DNA of 64,000 nucleotides from Leucoraja ocellata (lineage: Eukaryota), in NCBI GenBank assembly GCA_036785375.1, contig JAWMAR010000175.1, forward strand, positions 2,604,001 to 2,668,000, written 5' to 3'. This document shows positions 1 through 11,487 of the stretch, piece by piece. Within the stretch, counting starts at the first letter, position 1, and every line of letters starts with the position of its first letter. A program made the position numbers and the translations under genes. The notes under the pieces are model-generated. The model was not told the DNA's origin, made no database searches, and saw only the letters and a program-made list of their open reading frames with translations.

Positions 1-739
1 AATACTTGGCCAATAAACTTACTTACTTATTTTTGCTGGTATAAATCTGGGTATTGCAGTTCAGTTGACCTCAGGACACGTGTATTTTTAAAAGTGTTTT
101 TTTAAGGAACTTGACTCACTGTGACCTGTATTTGTACAGTCGGCACAGTAACCCACTTGAAACCCTGATGATCATATTGGACTGTGAGGGGAAAACTCAG
201 CGTTTTTCCATTTATGTGCCGTTTATGTTATGTTGTATCGTGGACTTTCTGTGTTTGTGCTTTTTTTAAATTCAATTTCAATTTTATTTTTAATATGTTT
301 TATTATTTATTAATTATTTTTTTTATGATACTGCCTGTAAGGGAAATTCATTTCGTTGTCTCAAATTGAGACAATGACAATAAGTTTGAATACAATACAA
401 TACAAAAACCAAACCATAGCTTCATCACTGAGAACTTCCAGCATATCCCTCCACTCCTTGCATATCCCTGAGCCTATCTACAAGTGGAGATCAAATGTGC
501 CAAATTGGACTTTTTAGAAACAGCAGACATGGATAATTTTGCACAATGTCATGTAAATACCAGAGAACTGCCCAAGAACAGATTGGCTCAAGGCATAGCT
601 CCTTCAATACAACCGGGATGTGGCCTTCATTGTATCCAGTCACCGACCCTGGATTAGGGAGCATTGGCCATTAGGAGAGGTTGAACAAACGTGGATTGTT
701 TTCTCCAGTATCGTCACAGGAAATAATGAAGGCCACATC

Positions 740-1140
740 CCAGTTGTATTGAAGGGTCTATGCCTCGAGCCAACCTGTTCTCGCGGAGGCTTGGGGAGAC
801 CTGATCAGTATATAAAATTATGACCGGCATATATAGGGTAGACAGTCAGAACCTTGCTCCCCAGGGTGGAAATGTCAAAGACCAGAAGGCATAGCTTTAC
901 GTTCAGTGGCAAAGTTTAATAGAGATGTGTGGGGTGCCTGGAATGCACTACAAGGAGTGGCGGTAAAGGCAGATAGGATAGGCATTTAACAGGATTTTAG
1001 ATGGGCACATGGATATGCAGGGAATGGAGAGATATGGATCACATGCAGGCAGAGGAGCTTAGTTTAACTTGGCATCATGTTTGGGTATGGACATTGTGGG
1101 ATGAACGGCCTGTTCCTGTGCTGTACTGTTCTATGATCTG
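740..1140 (+). mobile_element. CR1-like LINE 3' fragment (decayed)
   Basis: Degenerate CR1 C-terminal coding (GDLI.VYKIM.GI.RVD) followed by the CR1/HE1-type 3' tail (...ggcctgttcctgtgctgtactgttctatg). Boundaries approximate. Confidence 0.7.
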
Positions 1141-1999
1141 TGTCTATGATTAGCTCTCTGTCTTTGTGCGATATCATGCATGATTTACCATGATTTTATA
1201 ACATTTCCTCCAGACGTTTTAATGTATTAAAGATCTCACTGCCAGCCATGCTGAGCACAGCTTGAAGTTCCTGTAGGCTATAGATGCCCTGACCTGCTGC
1301 CCACGGTGGCTGGGAGCCAAACAAAAGGACAGTGTGCAGTCAGTCCTCTCCACAGCTTATGGGGTTCTCCATCTGCCAGTATCCCCCGATTTTGCACAAA
1401 TGCCATGTAGTTCTTTGACAGTACTGACCCACTTCCCACGGCAAGTGCATGAATTATGCAGCACAGCCCACTGCATGGTCCAGGTTAATTTAACTGCCCA
1501 TTTTATCTGGGATGTACTAATCTTGAAATTTCTTTTAGTGTTATGCCATTTGGCATTTGGACAAAATCATGTTACACCCGGAAATGGGTGAAATCCAATT
1601 TCTAACAGATTGCAATCTACATATCCTCCAGCACCCAGTTACAGGAAGGATGTCATTAAGTTCGAAGCGTGCAGAAAAGATTCACCGGGATAGTGTCTGG
1701 GCTTGAGTTATAGGGAGAAGTTGAGGAGGCTGAGCCTTTTTTCTCTGGAGAGAAGGAGGCTGAGAGGTACAAGATCCTGAGGAGCTGATAAGGGAATGCC
1801 CACAATCTTTTTCCCAGGTTGGAGGATTTAAAAACTTGTGGGCAATGGTTTAAGACGCGAGGAGAGAGATTTAAGATGGACCTCAGGAGCAACATTTTCT
1901 CTCAGAAGGTGGTCTGTATCTGGAACGAGCTGCCAGAGGAAGCTGAAGAAGAGGATGCAATTATGACTTTTAAGACACATGGATAGGAAGGGATTCATA

Positions 2000-3560
2000 A
2001 GTGATAGGAACAGATTTAGGCCATTTGGCCCATCAAGTCTACTCCGCCATTCAATCATGGTTGATCTAACTCTCCCCCTCAACCCCATTCTCCTGCCTTC
2101 TCCCCATAACCCCGACACCTGTACTAATCATGAATCTATCTATCTCTGCCTTAAAAATATCCATTAACTTGGCCTCCACAGCCTTCTGTGGCAATGAATT
2201 CCACAGATTCACCACCCTCTGACTAAAGAAATCCCTCCTCATCTCCTTTCTAAAGGAACGTCCTTTTATTCTGAGGCTATGACCTCTTGTCCCAGACTCT
2301 CCGACTAGTGGAAACATCCTCTCCAGATCCACTCTATCCAAACCTTTCACTATTCGATAAGTTTCAATGAGGTCTCCCTTCATCCTTCTAAACTCCAGTG
2401 AGTAGAGGCCCTGTGCTGTCAAACACTCATCATATGTTAACCCACTTGTTCCTGGGATCATTCCCATAGGCCTCCTCTGGATCCTCTCCAGTGCTTGCAT
2501 ATCCTTCCTCTGATATGGGACCTAAAATTGCTTACATTACTCGAAGTGTCATCAGACCAGGTCTTTATAAAGTCTCACAATTACATCTCTGTTTTTGTAT
2601 TCTAGTACTCCCAAAATAATTGCTAGCATTGTATTTCACAATCACAATAATACTTTATTAGCCAAGTATGTTTTGCAACATACGAGGAATTTCATTTGCC
2701 AAGCCAGTCATACCAATAAAACGCAACGGAACACACAAAACACGTTTGAACATGAACATCCACCACAGTGACTCCTCCACATTCCTCACTGTGATGGAAG
2801 ACGATAAAAATCTCTTCCCTTTGCTCTACTGCGGTCGGGAGCCTCGAGTCCTCCGTTTAAGGGATGATCTTGACTCCCATGGCCGATGGTGGGCCCTCCG
2901 CATCGAGGCGATCTGCTCCTGCATCGGGGGGGATGTCAGCTCCTCCGTGCCGGGTGATCGAACTCTGCGTCGGGGCCGGTCGAACCTTCCGTGACGTTGG
3001 AGCTCCCGACATCCACGGCCTCTCCCAAGACTACGAGCTCCCGATGTAAAGTCCACAGGCCGCGGATAGAGCGATCCCAGGCAAGGGATCGACTCTGATG
3101 TTAAGTCCACGCCCTGCGGTGGAGCCCGAGGTCAGACTGAGGAGGCCTCCAGCTCCATCGATGGTAGGCTGCAGAGCAACCGGAGAATGCGATCCAAAAA
3201 TTAATCACATCTCCAGCAAGGTAAGAAATTGAAAAGAAGTTTCCCCGACCCTTCCCCCTCCCTCCCACATAAACAAACCGGAGAACATTCACACAGACTT
3301 TCACCATACACTAAAAATTAAAAAGAGACAAAAAAAACAAATGTTGGCGAGGCTGCCAATCATACGGCGTCCCTGGTGAGACTTCCTTACTACCAATTCA
3401 ATTTGAAAAGTTACTTTTGGGAATCCTGCACCAGCACCCCTGCCCCTTTGCACCTCCGACTTTTAAATTCTCTCCACATTTAGAAAATAGTCTACGCCTT
3501 TATTCCTATTATCAAGATGCATGACTCTACACTTTGCTACACTGTATTCCATCTTCCAAA
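2000..3560 (-). mobile_element. CR1-like LINE 3' fragment, interrupted at ~2637-3380
   Basis: ORF 2066-2500(-) reads LYSLEFRRMKGDLIETYRIVKGLDRVD...FFSQRVVNLWNSLPQ, the CR1 ORF2 C-terminus. Upstream CR1 coding (KCRVMHL..NK..DY.LN.ER) resumes at 3463-3560. Confidence 0.85.
2637..3380 (-). mobile_element. GC-rich non-autonomous retroposon, copy A
   Basis: Inserted in a CR1. Has a Rex1-like 3' end, the TCCATCACAG..CTGTGGTGGA hairpin, a GC-rich body and the hairpin at 3182-3214 shared with copies B-E. Confidence 0.65.
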
Positions 3561-4001
3561 TGAGTGAATAGGGGCCAAATGGGACTAGCTCAGAATGCCA
3601 ACATGATATGCACAAGGTTGGCTGAACGGCCTGTTTCTGTACAGCTCTATTTCTCAATTCTTCTTTCCCAGAACTTGTTGAAGCAGACGTCTTTTTAAAG
3701 CCTGCTGATCCCAAGTCTCTTTTCTTCTTCCCTGCCTCAAAACAAGGTCACTTTGCAAATATTTTGCAGTGATTTTTAATCTATGTTATGCCCATTTGGC
3801 TTCTGAGCAGTTAAATGAGAACATCTATTGAAATCTTTCATTTGTCTCCAGCTGCTCAATAGCCTTGAAGAGTCATAGTGTCAGCATTTTAAAAGCTACT
3901 AGTTTGGTAACAAATCAATGTGTCAGAAGCAGAGATATTTTAGGATGAGTTTGTTGCAACAGGGTTATACTGAGCATTCAGTCCCCTGTAACAAAGTCTT
4001 A

Positions 4002-4179
4002 TGGGCCTGTCCCACTTGCGTGACTTTTTCAGCGAGTGCCAGCACCTGTCATAGTCGCAACAGGTCGCCGAAAATTTGAAAATCCAGCAGCGACCAGAAA
4101 AAGGTACGACTCTTTGGGCGACTACTCACGACCATACAGGTGTTGCCCCGCGACATGTTGTGTAAGTGGGACAGGCCCT
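4002..4179. mobile_element. MITE (PIF/Harbinger-like)
   Basis: Terminal inverted repeats GGGCCTGTCCCACTT / AAGTGGGACAGGCCC, flanked by TTA and TAA. Confidence 0.75.
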
Positions 4180-4336
4180 TAAGGAGTTCTTCAAAGGGTG
4201 GGGATAATATTGGTTGTCAAAACAAAATCGCTAGCCCTGTAAACTGCTATTTTATCTAGCCCTGTAAACTGCAACCAAGGAAGATTGACCAACCAAGGTG
4301 GAGTTGGTTTTGTTAAAAGAAATATACAAAGGAATG

Positions 4337-4612
4337 TTTTAGAAATACAGCGTGGAAACAGAACCTTCAGCCCACCGAGTCCACGGCAAGTAACAATCAC
4401 CCCGTACACTAGTTCTATCTTACACACTAGGGACAAATCACAACAGCCAATTAACCTATAAATAAGCTTGTGGGAGGAAACCAGAGCACCTGGATCAAAC
4501 CCAAGCGGTCATAAGAAAATGTGCAAACTCCACACAGACAGCACCCGAGGTCAGGATTGAACCCAGGTCTCTGGCACCGTAAGGCAGCAACTCTGCCACT
4601 GCGCCACCCTGT
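4337..4612 (-). mobile_element. tRNA-derived V-SINE (HE1-like)
   Basis: The minus strand starts GGTGGCGCAGTGG (A box) and has GGGTTCAATCC (B box), a V-domain-like core (GGTTTCCTCCCAC) and a CR1-like tail. Confidence 0.8.
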
Positions 4613-6439
4613 CTAGTATTTATTTGTTAAATGAATTGGCAACAGAACAGTGAAATTCTTACTTGCTGCAACTAAACAGGCACGTTTACACAACAGCACA
4701 TCGATAAATATATATCAATAATATAATAAATTGATAATCAGCAATAATAGATAACCATCATGGTGCAAAACCAAAGTCTGTAGTGCAACCAAAGTTCACA
4801 GAAGATCATAGTTGCTGAGGTTCATGTTGTGTAGTGTTCAAGAACCTGATGGCTGCTTGGAAGAAGCTATTCTTGAACCTGGTGGTCAGTTTTCAGGCTC
4901 CTGCACCTTCAGCCCTATGGTTGGAGTGAGATGAGAGTGTGGCCAGGGTGGTACAAGGCGAATGATAATAACAAGAATCTTTGTATACAAATAGTACGCT
5001 TCCAGTCTCAAAAAACTTTTTTTTTTAAACTAATGATATAATAATTAATCATTAAAAATATTTAATTTAAGAATCTGAAACAAATATATTTCCTATTCAT
5101 TCTGCTAAATTAATTTCTGCTAATAATGCACATTAAAAATAAATGTTTTTGAGCAAAGATTAATAGTCGATACAATTAGTGGCCAAATTTACTAAACTGC
5201 TGGGAATTTGATTTTTAACATGGCTCATTGAAATGAACCTACTGTGCCTGACTATAAATAGATCTCCAGTTACAAATTGATTCATTGAGGATTATTACAC
5301 AAAGTAGTGCAAGTGACATGTTGTTGCTCTGCTGGGAGCAAATGGCGCTAGTTTAGATCGGCTAACACAATTTCATTTGAATGAATGTTTGCTAAATTGC
5401 CTTAATGGTTTTCTCAGATTTATGTTAAATTAAGTCATGCATTAGTAAGGAACATCACCAGATATTTAACTGAATCACTTTCTAACACAAGAAACTGTGG
5501 GAATATTACAGATGAACGATGTCAGTACCAAGCCACTCACTACTAAAACAGAACTAAAGGGGTGATCAAAATCAACATGTTTCACCATTGCATTGTGTAT
5601 AAAGTCAGCATTAATTTAACATAAAAGAGTACAGCACAAGAGCAGGCCCTTTGTGCCAAACATGATGCCACAATAAACTAATCTCCTTTGACCCCACACT
5701 CTCCATTGCCTGCAGATCCATCTGCCCATCCACAAGCCTCGAACCACTACTGTATCTTCCTCCAGCACCACCCTTCCAATGCTCCAATCACAGATCACCC
5801 TCTGTGGAAAAAAAACGCCCCACATATCTTCTGTAAACATTTCACTTCTCAGTTTACTATTTCTTCAACTTGTCTTTTTTTTTGTAAAGTTTAAAATGAA
5901 TGGTAGAGTAATTCAAAAATCGAATTTAAGCTATAGTTCCATTTTAACATATGTCTTGCTCCGTTATGGTTACCTAGTATTAGTGTTTTTATTAATTAAT
6001 TATTATCTATGTATCTGTGCATTATTGCGTTTATGAGCTTGTTAAGCTACAGCAAATAAGAATGTTGTTGTTTCATTGCTGGTACATATTTGACTCTTGG
6101 TCATAGTATTTGAAAAAATGCAGTTGCCTTTAAAACTCCACAATCATTACATCCTCTACATATTATTTTCACGGGCAACATCAATATATATGAATGGGTG
6201 TAGAAATGCAATAAAAAAAATGTTGGGGAATCCAATATCTTTCAGCTTCATTCATGACAAGAGAATTTTGACAATGTAAAAAAAAGGTTCACCTGTTCTC
6301 TTAGAATTGAATGGATTATTTGGTACAGGTCACCGTGGAATTCTCTCTCCACTTGAAGTAGAGTTTTCTTTAAACATAATATAAGGCCAAACAAACATAA
6401 GGCCAGAGCAGACTCTTTTTTCTCAGAAGGCTCAAATCC

Positions 6440-7009
6440 TTCAATGTGTGTAATGACATGCTGCACATGTTTTACAACACTATGGTTGCAAGTGTTATTT
6501 TCTACGCTGTTGTCTGCTGGGGCAACAGCATTAGTGAAAAAAACAACAAGAAGCTGGTCAAACTGGTTAAACGAGCTAGCTCAGTGCTGGAGGGGAGAGT
6601 AGACGCTAGGATGGATGTGCTTGAGAGGCGTATGAGGCACAAGGTGCAAGTCATCCTGAAAAACCCCGGGCATCCCCTCCATGTAATTCTGGAGAATCAA
6701 CAGAGCACTCGGAACAACAATCGGCCCCTCTCCCTGCCCTGTGGAACGGAGCGGTTCAGGAGATCCTTCACCACTGCAGCCATTAGATTTTATAATTCGG
6801 ACCGCTAGGCTGTAGGGGGATGCATTCTTGCAATTTTTAATTTTTAATTGTTAATTATTGGTCTTTTTAAGTATTTATTGCTCTCAGGTAGTGTCCACAG
6901 TGTATTCTATATATTTTCTGTCTGCGTTCGTTTTGAATCTGTGGGTTTGTTGGTTGGGGGCTTCTGGACATCTGAATTTCCCCGAGGGGATCAATAAAGT
7001 ATTTATTAA

Positions 7010-7057
<48 letters not shown>
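6440..7057 (+). mobile_element. Rex1/Babar-like LINE 3' fragment with (ATT)n tail
   Basis: ORF 6446-6808 (FYNTMVASVIFYAVVCWG...HPLH...TERFRRSF...AIRFYN), then 3' UTR, AATAAA and an (ATT)n tail at ~7009-7057. Confidence 0.8.
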
Positions 7058-7293
7058 GTCAACCAACCCAGAGGAAAGATACTCAGACAAATTTTGGATT
7101 TTGAAAACCTTTCGTCCCAAGCACAATACGTTATGATAGAACCTTTATTTATCCCATGAGGAAAATCGATCTGACAAAACTTCTGCAATGATAAAGTGCT
7201 TTTTCATTAATAAGCCAGCAACTCAAAAATCAGCCTCTTTTATTAACAACCCAAATCATTGGCATTTTATGCAAAATGGCCAGTGTTCACACT

Positions 7294-7367
7294 GGGGGTC
7301 AAGGTAGAAGCGTTCACGTCGCGATCTCTGTCAAGTAATATCACCAAAATTACTTGCGAATTCTACC
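7294..7367 (+). ncRNA. HDV-like (CPEB3-like) self-cleaving ribozyme at the LINE 5' end
   Basis: P1 GGGGGUC(7294-7300)/GAUCUCU(7323-7329); P2 GGUAGAA(7303-7309)/UUCUACC(7361-7367); P3 GCG/CGC around L3 UUCACGU; P4 CAAGUAAU/AUUACUUG; J4/2 CGAA with the catalytic C at 7357. G1 coincides exactly with the TSD boundary. Confidence 0.9.
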
Positions 7368-7403
7368 AAACACTTTGAAGCCAAGCCGAAAGCCGAAAGA
7401 CAA

Positions 7404-8300
7404 ATGATGTCCAGAAGCCCAACAAATGGCAGTAGCCCATCAGCCCGGAACAGGAAGAGAGGCCAACACCCGCCCCCAAGGCCGGCTTTGACCATCATAT
7501 CTCTAAATGTTGAAGGACTGTCTGCAACTAAAGAAGAACTTGTTGCCCAACTCTGCAGAGAGCATCAGTGTGATATTCTCTGCCTCCAAGAAACCCACCG
7601 CAGATCCAAACATCCCCGCCCTCGAGTGGAAGGCATGACCACCCTCATTGAAAGACCACATGAGAAACATGGAAGCGTCATGCTTGCAAAAAACGGGCCA
7701 ATCATCGAATCAACATCAAAGAGCGATGAAAACAACATTGAGGTCCTAACCGCTGAGCTCAGAGGAATGACCATCACCTCCGTCTACAAGCCACCTCCCA
7801 CACCTTTCCTGATGCCAGAAATACCTTCATCTGGGAAACCAAGGATAGTGATTGGAGACTTCAACAGCCACAGCTCACAATGGGGTTACGCCGGGAACAA
7901 CGCTGATGGAGATGCAGTGGAAGCATGGGCTGAAACCAACCAGCTCTACCTGATCCATGATGCCAAACAACCAAAGTCTTTTAATAGCGGGCGATGGAAA
8001 GCCGGCTACATCCCTGATATCGCGTTTGTCAGCCATAGCATCTCTGGATTGGGCAAGAAGCTGGTACTGAAGCCACTGCCAAAAACCCAACACCGCCCAG
8101 TCAACGCTGCAGTTACCCCAGCCACAGTTCCTTTCCAGAGAAGATTCAACTTTGGGAAAGCGAACTGGCCTGGTTTCCAAGAAGATCGCCCACCTTCCAG
8201 CGGACCCCAAAAACGATCAAATCTTCACCAAGTTAGTGCACCAGGCAGCCCGGAAGAACATCCCGAGAGGCTGCCGCACTCAATACATCCCCGGCCTTGA
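7404..8300 (+). pseudogene. AP-endonuclease domain of the Vingi-like ORF (frameshifted downstream)
   Basis: ATG 37 nt after the ribozyme; APE catalytic motifs present; the frame breaks at ~8180 and again at ~8510 and ~9117. Confidence 0.85.
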
Positions 8301-9569
8301 CACTCTAAGCAGCGAACTATATGAGCAATACCAACAGCTCTACGAATCTGACCCCTTTGCTGAAAGCACCATGGAAGTAGGTGAGAGACTCATGACCTCC
8401 CTATCAGAATGCCGCCAGCGGAAATGGCAAACTCTGCTGGAGACAACTGACATGGCAAAAAACAGCAAAAAGGCATGGAGCCTCATCCGAAAAATCAGCA
8501 ATGACCCATCAACACCAACAGTATACCACCACGGCCAACCAAGTTGTGTATCAGTTGCTGCTCAACGGGAAATCCACCACCAAACAGCCAAGACCAAAGG
8601 CAGACCGACTTCAGCACTCCCAAAACACCGGACTGACTGAGCCGTTCTCCCTTGAAGAGCTCAATATCAGCATCAAAGCCCTCAAGACTGGCAAAGCCAT
8701 CGGCCTGGACAATATTTTCACAGAGGAGATCAAGCAATTTGGACCTCTGACACGGAAGTGGGTCCTTGAGCTGATGAACAATTGCATGCTGACAAGAAAC
8801 ATCCCAAAGATCTGGAGGAAAACCAAAATCATCGCTCTTCTAAAACCCGGTAAAGATCCAGCATATGCAAAGAGCTTCCGCCCAATCTCCCTGCTATGCC
8901 ACCCGTCCAAGCTGTTTGAGCGCCTGATCCTCAACAGGCTTGCCCCAGTCGCTGAACCAGCCATCATCCCTCAACAAGCTGGATTCCGACCTGGCAAATC
9001 CACAACAAGTCAACTTCTGAATCTCACACAGCACATTGAAGACGGGTTCCAGAAAGGACTGGTGACAGGAGCCGTCTTTGTTGATCTGTCTGCCGCGTAT
9101 GACACTGTGAATCACCGTGGAGAATACCAAAGAACTGGCACTCACGGACCTCATCGGAGCCCTCCTGAAAGATAGGGGCTTCTATGTTGTCCTTAACAAC
9201 AAGCAAAGTCGCTGGCGACGACAACGGAATGGCCTGCCTCAAGGTAGTGTGCTGGCTCCACTACTATATAACATCTACACCAATGACCAGCCAATGGACC
9301 AGAACACGGAGCGGTTCATCTACGCCGACGACCTCTGTGTAACATCCCAAGAGAGTACGTTTGAAGCTGTAGAAGCGAATCTCACCTCAGCCCTAGATGA
9401 GCTACACCTCTACTACGAGCGCAACCACCTACTCGCAAACCCTGCGAAGACCCAAACCTGCTCGTTCCATCTCAGAAACCGGGAAGCAAACAGACCCCTT
9501 AACATCACATGGTCTGGAACACCTCTTGAGCACTGCACCAACCCGGTCTACCTCGGTGTAACACTGGAT

Positions 9570-10098
9570 CAAGAGAGTCAAGAGAGTCAAGAGTCAATTC
9601 AAGAGTCAATTTAATTGTCATTTGGACCCCTGGAGGTCCAAACGAAATGCCGTTTCTGCAGCCATACATTACACACAAATAGACCCCAGACACAACATAA
9701 TTACATTTAACATAAACATCCATCACATAGCTGTGATGGAAGGCCAAATAAACTTCTCTCTCCACTGCACTCTCCCCCCCCCCCCCCCGATGTCAGAGTC
9801 AAAGTCATAGCCCCCGGCTGGCGATGGCGATTGTCCCGCGGCCATTAAAGCCACGCCGGGTGATGCGAGGTCGCACACCGGGTCTTGATGTTGGAGCCCC
9901 CGGTGTGCGCTCGCAGAGTCCGCGGCCATTCCAGCCGCGCGGGGCAGTGATGTAGGCCCCGCTCCAGGAGCTCTTTGACCCCGCAACTCGGGCTGGAGAA
10001 GTCGCCGCCGCAGAAGCCCCGAAAAGCGGTCTCCCCCCAGGGAGCCGTGGGCTCCCGGCGCCGTCGTCCACAGACCTGTAGAGAGCCTCCGACTCTCC

Positions 10099-10138
<40 letters not shown>

Positions 10139-10457
10139 CTCCTCCACCGCTCCGGACTCGGCCAGCTCCGCGACGGCAACGGTGAGTCGACACCCGAGTC
10201 CCCGGTCTCTTCCTGTTGGAGGCCGCTCCTCGTTGCGGCCTCAACGACGACTGAGACCCGACGAGAAAAGGTCGGGTCTCCAGTGCAGGGAGAGATTCAA
10301 AAAGTTTCCCCCCCCCCTCCCACCCCGCCCCCACCCCCCCACACACACACCCCAACATAAAATAACAAACACTACATAAAAACACAGACAAAAATAATAA
10401 AAACGCGGACAGGCTGCAGAGGCCGCTGCTGGCCAGAGCCGCGCCGCCTACCGGATT
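9570..10457 (-). mobile_element. GC-rich non-autonomous retroposon, copy B, nested in the Vingi RT
   Basis: Splits the RT motif YLGVTLD|RTLSY. Has an (ACTCTTG)-like microsatellite tail at 9570-9610, an internal (CAG)n tract at ~10100-10136 and a hairpin at 10253-10280. Confidence 0.75.
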
Positions 10458-11301
10458 GCACTCTCTCCTATAAGGAACGTGTCAAAAACACCAAACTGAA
10501 AGTTAACTCCCGAAATAACATCCTCCGGAAGCTGACCAACTCCAAATAGGGAGCCACAGCACACACATTAAGATCTACTGCTCTGGCCCTGTGCTACTCC
10601 TCTGCGGAGTATGCGTGTCCTGTTTGGGAGAGATCATCCCATGCCAAGAAACTAGACCCAGCGTTGAATAGCACCTGCCACTCAATCACTGGCTGCTTGA
10701 AGCCCACCAACATAAACAACCTGCACCTCCTCGCTGGCATTGCCCCAGCCGATGTGAGACGGGAAGTCGCCAGCCGAGTAGAGATGACTAAGGCCACCAG
10801 TGATGAAAGCCACCTCCTCTACGGACGTGTACCCCCGGCCCAACGGCTGAAGTCCAGGAGAAGCTTTCTCAGCCATGTCCAGCCCCTAATAGCATCACAG
10901 GAGGAAACCAGACTCCAACTATGGACAAAAAGGCTTGAGGACGACCCCCCTCCTACTGACATGGGTATCCCTCCTTCTGAAGCCCTCCCTCCGGGCTCAG
11001 AAGCACCATGGGTCCAGTGGAAGATGCTCAACCGCCTGAGAACAGGAACAGGGCGATCAAAAAGCTGCCATGGCCAGATGGGGCTATAAAACTGGCCAAA
11101 CCACCTGTGAATGTGGAGAAGAGGATCATACAATGCAGCACTGCCTTGTCTGCCCCCTACTACCCAACCAGTGCAGCCCAAAGGATCTTGCAGTGTTCAA
11201 TAAAAACGCAAAGGACAGTGTAAAGGAATGGGAAACTGTCATATAACCAACCAGCTTCAAAGACACGAAAAGAAGAAGTGTTCACACTACTGTTGAACCT
11301 A

Positions 11302-11487
11302 TGTTTAAGAAGGAACTGCATGTGCTGGAAAATCTAAGGTAGACAAAAATGCTGGAGAAACTCAGCTGGTGAGGCAGCACCTATGGAGCGAAGAAAATAG
11401 GCAATGTTTCGGGCTGAAACGTTGCCCATTTCTTTCGCTCCATAGACGCTGCCTCACCCGCTGAGTTTCTCCAGCATTTTTGTCCAC
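11302..11487. mobile_element. Penelope-derived fold-back (inverted pseudo-LTR) insertion
   Basis: Near-palindromic arms centred at ~11413; 15-bp TSD CTACTGTTGAACCTA at 11287-11301 and 11488-11502. Confidence 0.8.

Larger units (their letters stand above)
7294..11276 (+). mobile_element. Full-length Vingi/Ingi-like non-LTR retrotransposon (APE + RT + C-terminal CCHC; frameshifted, interrupted at ~9570-10457)
   Basis: 12-bp TSD AGTGTTCACACT at 7282-7293 and 11277-11288; (GAA)n-type tail. APE motifs (SLNVEG, LCLQETH, IGDFNSH). RT motifs (FRPISLLC, QAGFRPG, FVDLSAAYDTV, GLPQGSVLAP, YADD, YLGVTLD). Ingi-type ALCYSSAEYACPVW and LNRLRTG..CECG..H..C. Confidence 0.88.

Noticed and set aside
6293-6367. 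Possible 75-nt minus-strand exon (KTLLQVEREFHGDLYQIIHSILREQ) with AG/GT ends
   Set aside because: It is open in phase 0 but hits a stop when joined to the phase-1 exon at 47053; the donor is mediocre and I recognise no homology.
10219-10242. GC-TCCTCG-TT-GC loop resembling HDV ribozyme L3
   Set aside because: It lies antisense to the element, and no P1/P2 pseudoknot partners or J4/2 could be found.
9723-10391. 222-aa, 134-aa and 100-aa ORFs with poly-L/Q/C/A tracts
   Set aside because: They are translations of a (CAG)n tract in a GC-rich non-coding retroposon; open frames are expected at this GC content.
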